From Candidatus Pacearchaeota archaeon (GTDB taxonomy: Archaea; Nanobdellota; Nanobdellia; Pacearchaeales; UBA284), in assembly GCA_038894195.1 (NCBI GenBank), contig JAWAPZ010000002.1:20401-84400 (forward strand): a stretch of DNA of 64,000 bases, written 5' to 3'. The position numbers and the translations under genes are program-made. Below, one piece after another: positions 24,016-33,110 of the stretch (positions are counted from its first letter, which is position 1; every line of letters begins with the position of its first letter). Under the pieces are notes generated by a model. The model searched no databases. It had not been told where the DNA came from and worked only from the letters and a program-made list of their open reading frames with translations.

Positions 24016-24585
24016 ATGGCCAAAATTAAAGAAAAGAAAAAAACAAAAGAAAAAAAAGAACTAGAAAGAAAGAGTTTTAAGACAATCTTAGCCGGCGAGA
24101 TAGTAACAAGTAACACGCAAAAAGCTCTAGAACTTTACGAAAAAAGTAGATTCGGTGAGTTGGTAGAAGGCAAGATTCATTACTCATTACTTGAAGCACT
24201 CTACTTGTTGGAACGAGATAAAATTCTTATTTATGAAGGAAAAAAGAAATTAACAAAAAACCAGTTTATAGAAAAAGTCAAAAAATTAGAACCCAATTTT
24301 TGGACGAAATACCGAGTTTTTTGTGACATGCGGAATCGTGGATACACGGTAAAAACAGCACTCAAATTCGGAGCTGATTTCCGGGTCTATGAAAGAGGAG
24401 TTAAACCAGGTCAAGAACATGCGCGTTGGCTGCTTTTCCCTGTTTATGAATCCTCTGGACTGACATGGCATGAGTTTGCTGCAAAAACAAGAGTGGCCCA
24501 TAGCACAAAAAAAAGATTGCTTATAGGAATAGTCGACCATGAAGGCGACGTTACATATTACGAAATTAGATGGCTAAGGCCATAA
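24016..24585 (+). CDS. endA: tRNA-splicing endonuclease EndA (189 aa, alpha-subunit size)
   Basis: MRNRGYTVKTALKFGADFRVYERG (Tyr), EHARWLLFPV (His) and HSTKKRLLIGIV (Lys) give the catalytic triad context. Confidence 0.85.
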   Translation: MAKIKEKKKTKEKKELERKSFKTILAGEIVTSNTQKALELYEKSRFGELVEGKIHYSLLEALYLLERDKILIYEGKKKLTKNQFIEKVKKLEPNFWTKYRVFCDMRNRGYTVKTALKFGADFRVYERGVKPGQEHARWLLFPVYESSGLTWHEFAAKTRVAHSTKKRLLIGIVDHEGDVTYYEIRWLRP

Positions 24586-24675
24586 AACAAAAGTCAAGAT
24601 AAGGAAAGCCCGTAAGCTAAAATTTTATAAAAAACTTGCCGTTTACGTAATTATTATGCTTACTTAAAGCTTAAA

Positions 24676-25560
24676 ATGTTAGAAAAAAAGCAAAAAATAG
24701 TTGAAATAATCTCACAGAAGGGCCCGAGCTTACCTGGAAATCTATCAGGAGAAATCAAACTTTCTCTTTTGTTCACTTCTGCTCTTCTTTCAGAAATGGT
24801 TGCAGATAAAACACTTAAATTCAGTCACCTGAAGGTTGGTGGCTCCCCCTTATACTTTTTGCCAGGCCAAGAAGAACAAGTTGAGAACTTTGTAAATTAT
24901 CTACCAGTACAGGAAAAAGAGGTTTTTAAGCTGCTTAAAGAAAAAAAAGTTCTTGAAGATGAGAAACTAACCCCTGTCCAGCGTGTGGCTTTAAGGAATA
25001 TTAAAGATTTTGCTATTATGATAAAACAACCATGTAATGGAAGAGAAAAGATCTTCTGGCGCTTGCACTCGTTTCCAGAAGAAGAAGCAATAAAAGAAAT
25101 CAAAACCATAATCGAAAAATTAGAAGAAACGAAAAAAGTAGAAGAAGAGATTAGAGTTCAGGAAATTCAAGTCCCAAAAGAACCAAAGATTGAAGAAACC
25201 AAAGGAGAAAAACTAGAAAGAGCAGAAGAAAAAAAGGAGAAAAAAATAAGAAAGAAGAAACAAGATGCTTTCAGAGAAAAAGTTCTAGAACATTTGACAA
25301 AGAAAAAAATTGAAATTTTCCGTGAAATGAAAGAAGAAAATAAGATTTGTATTGCTTTAGTTGATTCAGAAATTGGTTTTTTAAAGTTCCTAGTTTATGG
25401 CTTGAATAAAAAGACAATAAATGAAGCTGATTTAAGTTTGGCATTAAGTTGTGGGCAGGAGGAAAAATTGCCAGTTTTATTGGCAACTCAAGGAAAATTG
25501 ACAAAAAAGGCTTCTGAATACTTAAAAAAATTTGGAAATATCACAATCTATAAAATTTAA
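24676..25560 (+). CDS. hypothetical protein (possible winged-helix N-terminus, K/E-rich linker)
   Basis: 294-aa ORF. No firm family was recognised. Confidence 0.5.
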   Translation: MLEKKQKIVEIISQKGPSLPGNLSGEIKLSLLFTSALLSEMVADKTLKFSHLKVGGSPLYFLPGQEEQVENFVNYLPVQEKEVFKLLKEKKVLEDEKLTPVQRVALRNIKDFAIMIKQPCNGREKIFWRLHSFPEEEAIKEIKTIIEKLEETKKVEEEIRVQEIQVPKEPKIEETKGEKLERAEEKKEKKIRKKKQDAFREKVLEHLTKKKIEIFREMKEENKICIALVDSEIGFLKFLVYGLNKKTINEADLSLALSCGQEEKLPVLLATQGKLTKKASEYLKKFGNITIYKI

Positions 25561-25639
25561 TTTTTTAATCAGTTCTTAAAACACATCCCAAAAAATATAC
25601 TTTCCTTCATATAAAAATTTATAAATGTTGTTTAATAGA

Positions 25640-25949
25640 ATGTTAAACGGAAGTTGATATAGAAACGTTATATGATAAGTTAGAAAGAGCAAGAATATTA
25701 GAAAATTTATTAAATGAATATAAAAACAAAGGTAAAGGAATTAATGATCCTGAAGTTCAAAAAATTACTAAAGAATATGATACTATAGTCACAAAAATAA
25801 TACCAATTTCCCCAGAAGAATTAATAAAATATCATATGCTTGCCGTAAAAAAAATGCATGAAAAAATAGAAACTATAAAAGCAAAAATTAAAGGAAAAGT
25901 TTCAGATGACCTTTTTTATCTTTTGCAAGAAATAATAGAAAAAGTTTAA
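25640..25949 (+). pseudogene. small helical-protein gene with an apparent +1 frameshift after codon 3
   Basis: ATG at 25640 (atg tta aac gga agt tga) stops after 5 codons. A 100-codon stop-free frame (25647-25946, stop at 25947-25949) follows in the +1 frame. Deleting one G of the GG at 25649-25650 joins them. Confidence 0.35.
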
Positions 25950-25951
25950 TT

Positions 25952-26491
25952 TTATTTTTCAACCTTGGCCATTCTTATCTCACAAACAGCAAGAGGATAT
26001 ATTTTTTTAAGCTTTTTGCTAAGATTTTTCTGAAGACTAGAAGATAAAATTTCTTGGAAGAATTTTTTTCTTGACATTTCAGAAACGCTTTTCATAATGA
26101 AATCTCTAGCCTTTTCTCTTAAGAATGCCCTAATTCTTCTGTGAACTTTTTTTCTTGTTATCAAAAAAGGTTTTATTCTTAAACCAGCATCCTGGCATTT
26201 ACAAAAAAAAGAATCTTCTACTATACTTATATTACGCCCGATCATTTTTCTGATAAAAGTTGGTAATATGACAAAAGAATAGATCTCGGCAAACGGCACT
26301 CCTTCCTGGAGCTCTTTGACTCTAAATTTTGCTTCGCAGTTTTTCCCTTTTAGAATTCTAGTCAGATCATAGGTTATTGTTTTTCCTTTCAGATCATTAA
26401 TATCTCTTGCTAGAACAGAAATTTTTAAATTCAAATTTTCAAGTTCAACATCAAAAAATTTTTTTTTCAGCATTTTATTTCTCTTGCTCAA
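25952..26491 (-). CDS. rps3ae: ribosomal protein S3Ae (eS1)
   Basis: KKFFDVELENLNLKISVLARD...LKGKNCEAKFRV...RIKPFLITRKK. An alternative start at Met7 (26473) would remove the overlap with L44e. Confidence 0.85.
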   Translation of the reverse strand: MSKRNKMLKKKFFDVELENLNLKISVLARDINDLKGKTITYDLTRILKGKNCEAKFRVKELQEGVPFAEIYSFVILPTFIRKMIGRNISIVEDSFFCKCQDAGLRIKPFLITRKKVHRRIRAFLREKARDFIMKSVSEMSRKKFFQEILSSSLQKNLSKKLKKIYPLAVCEIRMAKVEK

Positions 26492-26792
26492 GACTGAGCT
26501 TAGAAGTTCTTATTCTTCTTCCATGCATTGTTTTTCCACAAACTAAACATTTATACAGCAAGACCTTCTTTTGGGTACTTTTCGCTTTTCTTTTCCATTT
26601 ACTAACAGCGGGTTTAGAACCCCACCTCCCCAAATTTCCTCTACCTCTAGCAAGCCCCCTTTTCATTGCGCGAGCTAGAGAACCTCTCTTCATAGCACCT
26701 CTTTGTCTACCGATGCTTAAAATAGTCACTTTTTGCTCTGTGTGCTTCCTACAGTATTTACAATATCTTTTTGCTTTTTTCGGAACTTTCAT
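26475..26792 (-). CDS. rpl44e: ribosomal protein L44e (eL42)
   Basis: MKVPKKAKRYCKYCRKHTEQKV...YKCLVCGKTMH. Confidence 0.9.
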   Translation of the reverse strand: MKVPKKAKRYCKYCRKHTEQKVTILSIGRQRGAMKRGSLARAMKRGLARGRGNLGRWGSKPAVSKWKRKAKSTQKKVLLYKCLVCGKTMHGRRIRTSKLSLEQEK

Positions 26793-26800
26793 TTTAATTT

Positions 26801-27376
26801 TTAATCTCCGTCTATCAAAGCAACCCGGCCATCATCAATTAAAATTTTAGCTATTTCTCTGGGTAGATTAGCTATTTCGCCAGCGCTGAAAGGCCCAAGC
26901 TCCTCCCCATTTGGTCCTAGAAACGCTGGTACATCCTGCTTAAATTTAATGAAAAGATTTTTTAAATCTTTCTCTCTAAAATTTCCGTCCAATTTTTCTT
27001 TTATTAACCTCTGGTTTTCTTCAAGTTTTCTAACAACCAACTCAAAAAGTTCTTTCTCATGCTCTAATAAATTTTCAGTGTCTCTTTTGCTTATTCCGGT
27101 CTGTGCTGCAGTAAATGCAAGATTCAAAACTTTTCTCTCCCTAATAGCTAAAAATTCCTTTATCATAGAAAGCGCATTATCCAGTTGTTTTCTTGTCATT
27201 ATAACAGTATCTGAAAAAACACTTGAATCCTTGGAAACCAGCTTTTTCTTTTCAGAGATGTACTCTGAAAGATCTTTTAAAAAATTCTTCGGAAGTTCTT
27301 GCAAAGCTTCGTTGTATTTTTCTTTTCTTAAGATATCATAAATTTCTTGATAAGTTATCATTTTTGCCTTAGCCAC
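26801..27376 (-). CDS. GINS complex subunit (Gins51/Sld5-like)
   Basis: The N-terminal A-domain pattern is ITYQEIYDILRKEK...LPKNFLKDLSEYI...IRERKVLNLA. The C-terminal B-domain is FKQDVPAFLGPNGEELGPFSAGEIANLPREIAKILIDDGRVALI. Confidence 0.7.
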   Translation of the reverse strand: MAKAKMITYQEIYDILRKEKYNEALQELPKNFLKDLSEYISEKKKLVSKDSSVFSDTVIMTRKQLDNALSMIKEFLAIRERKVLNLAFTAAQTGISKRDTENLLEHEKELFELVVRKLEENQRLIKEKLDGNFREKDLKNLFIKFKQDVPAFLGPNGEELGPFSAGEIANLPREIAKILIDDGRVALIDGD

Positions 27377-27496
27377 ATTAGAAAGGTAGCCCCAGTTTAA
27401 AAAAGTTTAGATGAATAAACGTAGTTTTTGTTTTAGCGTCCTCCCCTGGTAAGTAAATAAGAAATTTAAATGTTTCACGAAATAAATATCAAAAAA

Positions 27497-28078
27497 TCAG
27501 ACTGTTACAGTATATTCAAAATAATCGTCCCAAGGATTCTCTATCTCAGTCATCTGCTTTACCGTCAAGTTTTCAAAATATTTTCTTATCGGTCTCATAG
27601 AGTTGCCACATGCACATATCGCAACATTAACTTTCTCTCTTTTTATAAATTTAATTAGGTCTTTTATAAAACTATTAACTCTTTTTTCAACCATTTTTAG
27701 ACTCTCGCCCCCTGGCGGGGGTATGCTATATGACCTGTGGTAGATATCAAATAGTTTTTTACCGTATTTCTCTATAAATTTTTTATGGCTCTTTCCTTGA
27801 AGTTCACCATAACTCCTCTCAAGGATTCTTTTATCTTCTATAACACAGAAACATTCTGGATGGTATTTTAAAACTTCTTTAAGAGTATCCTTCGTCCTGC
27901 TAAGACCAGAATGAAACGCCACTTGAATTTTTTTATTTTTCAATTTCTTTGCCAAAATTTTTGCTTGTTGCAAACCCAAGGGGGTTAATTTAGAATCTTT
28001 CCAACCAGTAAAAAAACGATTTTTATTATAATATGTTTGCCCATGCCTGAATAAATAGACCTTACAATTTTTTTTCAT
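27497..28078 (-). CDS. histidine phosphatase family protein (phosphoglycerate-mutase-like)
   Basis: VYLFRHGQTYYN (RHG motif), TPLGLQQA, HSGLSRTKDT. Confidence 0.8.
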   Translation of the reverse strand: MKKNCKVYLFRHGQTYYNKNRFFTGWKDSKLTPLGLQQAKILAKKLKNKKIQVAFHSGLSRTKDTLKEVLKYHPECFCVIEDKRILERSYGELQGKSHKKFIEKYGKKLFDIYHRSYSIPPPGGESLKMVEKRVNSFIKDLIKFIKREKVNVAICACGNSMRPIRKYFENLTVKQMTEIENPWDDYFEYTVTV

Positions 28079-28099
28079 AGAATTAATAAAGAGGGGGGA

Positions 28100-28387
28100 T
28101 TAATAAAACTTGCTAATTAATTTTTTGTGTCTAGTTCTGTAAATAAAGAACAAAATAAGAAGAGCAAGCATTCCAAAAATCCAAACAAAAAGCAGAAAAA
28201 TTGCTAAAGGTTTTTCAGTTGATTCATTAATTGCGTGGCTTGTTATTTCTGGAACAAATACCAGACCTAGAACAAAAATTATTAAAAAAATAAAAAATAA
28301 AGTTCTAGTTGTCCAATTAAGCAAACTTTCTTCTCTTTTTTCATGACTATAGTAAGGGACTGCCGGCTCAATCTTCCACCTTTTCAT
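28100..28387 (-). CDS. small membrane protein, hypothetical
   Basis: 95 aa with two hydrophobic helices. Confidence 0.5.
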   Translation of the reverse strand: MKRWKIEPAVPYYSHEKREESLLNWTTRTLFFIFLIIFVLGLVFVPEITSHAINESTEKPLAIFLLFVWIFGMLALLILFFIYRTRHKKLISKFY

Positions 28388-28437
28388 GGAAGAAAAAAGA
28401 AAGGAACATTTATTAATCTTTCCAAACTTATTTTGAT

Positions 28438-29505
28438 ATGTTCAAATTACTAAAAGAAAAGTTAAACAAATTTTTCAAAAAGGAAGAAGGAAAAGAGAAA
28501 GAAAAGCAAGAAATTTTAAAGATTGATGAAGAAGAATTGCCAAAAGAAATCGAAAAAGAGATTGACAAAATTAAAGAGAAAAAATCAGAAAGAGAAGAAA
28601 AGATAAAAGAAACTCTAGAAAAGGAAAAAAAAGAAAGTTTCTTTCAGAAAATTACTAAAGGACTTACAACTATGAAGTTAAGTGAAGCTGCATTTAATGA
28701 CTTCTTCAAAGAACTTGAAGAAATCCTTATAGAGAACAACGTAGCTATAGAAGTAATAGAAGCGATAAGAGTAAATCTAAAGAACGAACTCCTTGGCCGG
28801 GAGATAATAAAAACTGAAGCTAGAGAAAAAATAAAAGAAGCTCTTAAAAAATCAATATCTTCGTTGATGAAAGATCCTTTTGATGTTTTTGAAAAAATTA
28901 AAGAAAAAAAAGAAAAACCTTTTGTCATAGTTTTCTTCGGAATAAACGGTTCTGGAAAAACAACAACGATAGCCAAGATGGCTTATTTGTTGAAAAGCAA
29001 GAAACTAGGTTCTGTTTTTGCTGCTAGTGATACTTTCCGTGCAGCTTCAATCGAACAATTAGAAAAGCACGCAAACAAACTTCAAATAAAAGTAATTAAA
29101 CACAAATATGGTGCAGATCCTGCTGCAGTTGCTTTTGATGCAATTGCTCATGCTAAGGCCCATAAGCTTGACGTTGTTCTTGTAGACACAGCAGGAAGGA
29201 TGCACACAAAAGCTGATCTCTTAAGAGAAATGGAAAAAATATGCCGGGTCGCTAAACCGGATTTAAAAATTTTTGTTGGTGAAGCCATAACAGGAAACGA
29301 TGCTGTTGAACAGGCAAGAACTTTTAATCAAACAGTAGGAATAGATGCTATAATTCTAACAAAAGCAGACGTGGATGAACGAGGTGGTGCAATAATATCT
29401 GTTTCGTATGCAACAGAAAAACCAATTATTTTTCTTGGAACCGGTCAAGAGTATACTGATTTAGAAATGTTCGATAAAAATAAGATTATTGAAAAAATTT
29501 TTTAA
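28438..29505 (+). CDS. ftsY: signal recognition particle receptor FtsY
   Basis: K/E-rich N-terminus, then the NG domain: FFGINGSGKTTTIAKMA, DTAGRMH, ILTKADVDERGG. Confidence 0.95.
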   Translation: MFKLLKEKLNKFFKKEEGKEKEKQEILKIDEEELPKEIEKEIDKIKEKKSEREEKIKETLEKEKKESFFQKITKGLTTMKLSEAAFNDFFKELEEILIENNVAIEVIEAIRVNLKNELLGREIIKTEAREKIKEALKKSISSLMKDPFDVFEKIKEKKEKPFVIVFFGINGSGKTTTIAKMAYLLKSKKLGSVFAASDTFRAASIEQLEKHANKLQIKVIKHKYGADPAAVAFDAIAHAKAHKLDVVLVDTAGRMHTKADLLREMEKICRVAKPDLKIFVGEAITGNDAVEQARTFNQTVGIDAIILTKADVDERGGAIISVSYATEKPIIFLGTGQEYTDLEMFDKNKIIEKIF

Positions 29506-29617
29506 TAAAATTTGTATTTCCATACAGAGAGATGCATATAAAAAAATTCATTTTAAGAAAAATTCTAATTCATCCAGCCAAACTAATATTTTTAAATTCC
29601 CGGAACTTAAGATACGG

Positions 29618-30973
29618 ATGCTAGAAAAACTTGGTCAGGCTCTAAAGAATACCTTACGAAAGATAGCGTCGACTATTTTTTTGGATAATAAAACTATAGA
29701 TGCTATCTGTCAAGAGCTCAAGCACGCTTTGCTCGAAGCAGATGTAAATATCGAAATAACTGACAATCTGCTTGAAAAGATAAAACAACAGGCAAAAAAA
29801 GATGTTAAAGGATTGGATAAAAGAGGGCAGCTCATCAAGCTTATTCATGATGAACTTACAGAAATTCTTGGAAAGCAAGAGCATGAAATAAAACCAGATA
29901 AAAAAATAAAACCATATAAAATAATGCTTGTAGGATTATATGGATCTGGAAAAACAACCACTGCAACAAAATTAGCCGTATACTACAGCAAAAGGGGTTA
30001 CAAAACTTGTTTGCTTGGATTAGATGTTCATAGACCGGCTGCTCCAGAGCAGCTTGAACAACTTGCTGAACAAGCAAAAATAACTTGTTTTATTGATAAA
30101 GACGAAAAAAATCCTCTGGCAATCTTTGAGAAGTTTAAAGAAAAAATAAAACGTTATGACTTATGTATAATAGATACCGCAGGAAGGGATGCTTTAAGCG
30201 CCGATTTGATAAATGAAATTAAATTGCTCAGAGAAGAAATTAAACCAGAACAATCATTTCTTGTAATTGCTGCAGAGATAGGACAAGCTGCAAAAATTCA
30301 AGCGCAAAAATTCAATGAAGTGAAAATAACCGGTATCATAATCACGCGATTAGATGGAACAGCAAAAGGTGGTGGCGCCCTAGCCTCATGTAAAGAAACC
30401 GGCTCGCGTGTCCTGTTCATCGGAACAGGAGAAAAAATACATGATCTAGAATCGTTTAATCCAAGTGCTTTTGTTTCAAGATTGTTAGGGATGGGGGACT
30501 TACGTGCATTGCTTGAAAAAGTTAAGACCGTGACTGAAGAGAAACCAGAGCAAATGAAAAGACTTGAGGAAGGTAAATTTACTTTAACAGATTTTTGCCA
30601 GCAAATAAAAACAATGCAAAAAATAGGTCCCTTTGACAAAATCACTGAAATGATTCCTGGTCTAGGGAATATAAGTGCAAGCATAACAAAAAAAATTCCC
30701 AACCTTTTCGAAGTACAAGAAGAAAAAATGAAGCGTTGGCATTACGCAATTGATTCAATGACCCCCACTGAACGAGAAAATCCAGACATTCTAACAAGTT
30801 CTAGAATAGAAAGAATTTCAAAAGGCTCTCATGTTCCAACAACTGAAATCAGGGAGATGTTAAAACAATATAAGCTTGTTAAAGAATTTATCTCTGAAAA
30901 AATAGAACCTGGAAAGATTGATAAAAGAATTATGCAAAAAATTGCCAAAAAGTTTGGCAGAAAGATTTTTTAA
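29618..30973 (+). CDS. srp54: signal recognition particle protein SRP54
   Basis: The ATG at 29618 gives MLEKLGQALKNTLRKIA. Motifs GLYGSGKTTTATKLA, DTAGR, ITRLDGTAKGGGALS and an M domain are present. The track start at 29489 is a TTG inside the FtsY tail. Confidence 0.95.
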   Translation: MLEKLGQALKNTLRKIASTIFLDNKTIDAICQELKHALLEADVNIEITDNLLEKIKQQAKKDVKGLDKRGQLIKLIHDELTEILGKQEHEIKPDKKIKPYKIMLVGLYGSGKTTTATKLAVYYSKRGYKTCLLGLDVHRPAAPEQLEQLAEQAKITCFIDKDEKNPLAIFEKFKEKIKRYDLCIIDTAGRDALSADLINEIKLLREEIKPEQSFLVIAAEIGQAAKIQAQKFNEVKITGIIITRLDGTAKGGGALASCKETGSRVLFIGTGEKIHDLESFNPSAFVSRLLGMGDLRALLEKVKTVTEEKPEQMKRLEEGKFTLTDFCQQIKTMQKIGPFDKITEMIPGLGNISASITKKIPNLFEVQEEKMKRWHYAIDSMTPTERENPDILTSSRIERISKGSHVPTTEIREMLKQYKLVKEFISEKIEPGKIDKRIMQKIAKKFGRKIF

Positions 30974-31033
30974 AACTCCTCTGAAAAAGATTGTTATGAT
31001 AGATTAAAAAATCAGAGTTTGAGAAAGAAAAAA

Positions 31034-31055
31034 AAGTATGTTGCTGTTCATACTT
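31034..31055. terminator. hairpin between convergent SRP54 and membrane-protein genes
   Basis: aagtatg ttgctgtt catactt forms a 7-bp stem flanked by A/T runs. Confidence 0.35.
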
Positions 31056-31064
31056 AGCACAAAA

Positions 31065-31553
31065 TTATTTCTTTCCTTCGCGCGTCATCAACCATGAAGC
31101 AAATATAGTAAGAGCAACGAGAATCACAACACCAAATATAGTAGGATCAAGAATAAAACTTTTCGGTTTCGCAAGATAGGTGTTTATGACATCTCTGAAA
31201 ACATAAACCCCTGAAAAAATGAAAATCAAAATCAATACTATAACAATAAACCAAGCAAATCCCTTACCGAAAACATCATCTATTTTACCATGTATGAGAC
31301 CGATTATAAGCACAATAAACAATAAACTTATTATAAAAGCTGCAAACCATCCGGTAGCAACTTTAGTAAATTGTACTGTGCTTGTTGAAGCAAGGAAAAT
31401 AATTGCTATTGCAAAACTCACAAGAATGTGAACAAATTTGTTTTCGCCTAAAATCTTAGTCTTAGCAAGCAAACCATACACAACTGCAAAAACAAGTAAA
31501 AAAGCAAAAACAGGCAAAAACAAGGAGACCCCTGCAGAAACATCAAATGCCAT
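31065..31553 (-). CDS. polytopic membrane protein, paralog 3 of a local three-member family
   Basis: I prefer the ATG at 31553 (MAFDVSAGVSLFLPVFAFLLVFAVVYGLLAKTKILGENKFVHILVSFAI), which abuts the stop of paralog 2. Confidence 0.6.
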   Translation of the reverse strand: MAFDVSAGVSLFLPVFAFLLVFAVVYGLLAKTKILGENKFVHILVSFAIAIIFLASTSTVQFTKVATGWFAAFIISLLFIVLIIGLIHGKIDDVFGKGFAWFIVIVLILIFIFSGVYVFRDVINTYLAKPKSFILDPTIFGVVILVALTIFASWLMTREGKK

Positions 31554-31554
31554 T

Positions 31555-32142
31555 TTATCCCCCACCACCCCCTGGTGCTCCAAGTATTGCTATTTTACTA
31601 TCTTCTTTCTTGCCCCACGCCAAAGCAGCTATAACAGCCAGAACTATGACTATCAAAAAAACAACTATTGCCTGACATTGAGCATCACAAGAGGCTAGTG
31701 GAAGAATATAGCCTAAAACAGGTGTTCTAGCAAGAATAACAATCAACAAAATAATTCCAATTATGGTAAATATAGTAGTCCATGTTTTAGTTTCTGGTTT
31801 AATAGCTAAGCCAAATAAGATTACAACACAAATAAGCACAGCCACCCCCAAACCAAGGTTTGAGAACAATGGCATAAAAAAAGAAACAACATAAGGATTG
31901 GCTATGGTAAAAAAAGCTACTACAAGAGCAATAATAACATGAACTCCTCTGTTGTTCAACAATTTTATTTTATCTAGAATAGCATAAACCACAGCGAAAA
32001 CGAGAACAAAAGGTAAAAGCACTGTAAAAACCCCCATTTGAGCCCATTGCGAAACCATCTGTTCCATTGGGCCACCATAGAACCATCCATAACTACCGTA
32101 CTGCATAAAAAAGTTTATTAGTCCTTCCATGGTCGTTTCCAC
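31555..32142 (-). CDS. polytopic membrane protein, paralog 2
   Basis: Shared motif VLLPFVLVFAVVYAILDKIKLL. The C-terminus ends GAPGGGGG. Confidence 0.6.
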   Translation of the reverse strand: METTMEGLINFFMQYGSYGWFYGGPMEQMVSQWAQMGVFTVLLPFVLVFAVVYAILDKIKLLNNRGVHVIIALVVAFFTIANPYVVSFFMPLFSNLGLGVAVLICVVILFGLAIKPETKTWTTIFTIIGIILLIVILARTPVLGYILPLASCDAQCQAIVVFLIVIVLAVIAALAWGKKEDSKIAILGAPGGGGG

Positions 32143-32190
32143 CTCTTTTTACTAAAGATCTTCTGGCTTTTTATATCTTTCTTTTTTATC

Positions 32191-32682
32191 CTATTTACTT
32201 TTATCGCTTTCTTTCTTTCCACCAACAATAACCACCACTATTGCTATAATAAAAATTGCAATGAAAACTATAAAACTAAGAGTAGATTCAGAAAAATTCA
32301 TACCTTTTAATTTATCAAGAGCTCCTGATGCCCATAATATAACCACAACTAAAGCTATGCCAAGTATTACGCCAAGAATAGTTTTTAAAACTTTATTTTC
32401 AGCAATATTAATTCCAGTAAATCCAAATAAAAGTAAAAGACAGAGCAAAATAACTATAATAAGTGAAACTATTGGAATTATTGTAATTGCAACATTCACG
32501 ATTGCAGGAACCCCAATAAAAATAAAAGATATCGCAAAAGAAACAAGTAAATTAACATACCGTTTATCCTTGCCAAGAATTTCTGTTTTCTCAAGAATGG
32601 CATATACGACGGCAAAAACAAGTATAAAGGGGAGAATTACGTTATAAAAAAACGATCCAGCTAAAAATGACGGTTCAGCCAT
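32191..32682 (-). CDS. polytopic membrane protein, paralog 1
   Basis: Shared motif ILPFILVFAVVYAILEKTEILGKDKRYVNLLVSFAISFIF. Confidence 0.6.
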   Translation of the reverse strand: MAEPSFLAGSFFYNVILPFILVFAVVYAILEKTEILGKDKRYVNLLVSFAISFIFIGVPAIVNVAITIIPIVSLIIVILLCLLLLFGFTGINIAENKVLKTILGVILGIALVVVILWASGALDKLKGMNFSESTLSFIVFIAIFIIAIVVVIVGGKKESDKSK

Positions 32683-32703
32683 CTTCTAAACATTGAGGCT
32701 TAT

Positions 32704-32991
32704 TTAAGCTATTTCTGCCTCTTCTGTACTCTCAATCTCTTCTCTCGTTGGAACTGCACTCCTACTTATAATAACAACTTCACCAAATGCCTTGATATAC
32801 TGCTGTGGGATGATTAATCCTCTTGCCCCTGACAAGTACGGCACGATATTAGATTCTCTGGCCACTCGAACACGCCAACTTTCAAGCCTATTTCCTAGCA
32901 AATTCGCTTCTTCTATAACCCCTACAAAATCTCCGCCATCGGTAAAAACTTTCATTCCAACTACTTCGCTTATTTTTAAAATTCTTAACAT
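32704..32991 (-). CDS. PRC-barrel domain protein
   Basis: ISEVVGMKVFTDGGDFVGVIEEANLLGNRLESWRVRV...LIIPQQYIKAFGEVVIIS. Confidence 0.6.
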   Translation of the reverse strand: MLRILKISEVVGMKVFTDGGDFVGVIEEANLLGNRLESWRVRVARESNIVPYLSGARGLIIPQQYIKAFGEVVIISRSAVPTREEIESTEEAEIA

Positions 32992-33110
32992 TTTGACCTC
33001 GTCTTTTTAAAAGTATCTAAATGAATAAAATAAGAGTTTATATACTTTTTGTTTGAACACAACTTTTTTATAATCCGTTTCCTTGACATTTTAAAAAGAG
33101 GCGCTTAAGA

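Noticed and set aside
29489-29617. The track's N-terminal extension of SRP54, and analogous extensions at 17792-17962, 17823-17873, 39854-39874, 41131-41148, 56759-56878, 57791-57880, 61163-61177 and 63568-63585.
   Set aside because: These extensions begin at TTG or at ATG codons that are out of context. They overlap upstream genes or promoters and precede a canonical family N-terminus that starts at an internal ATG.
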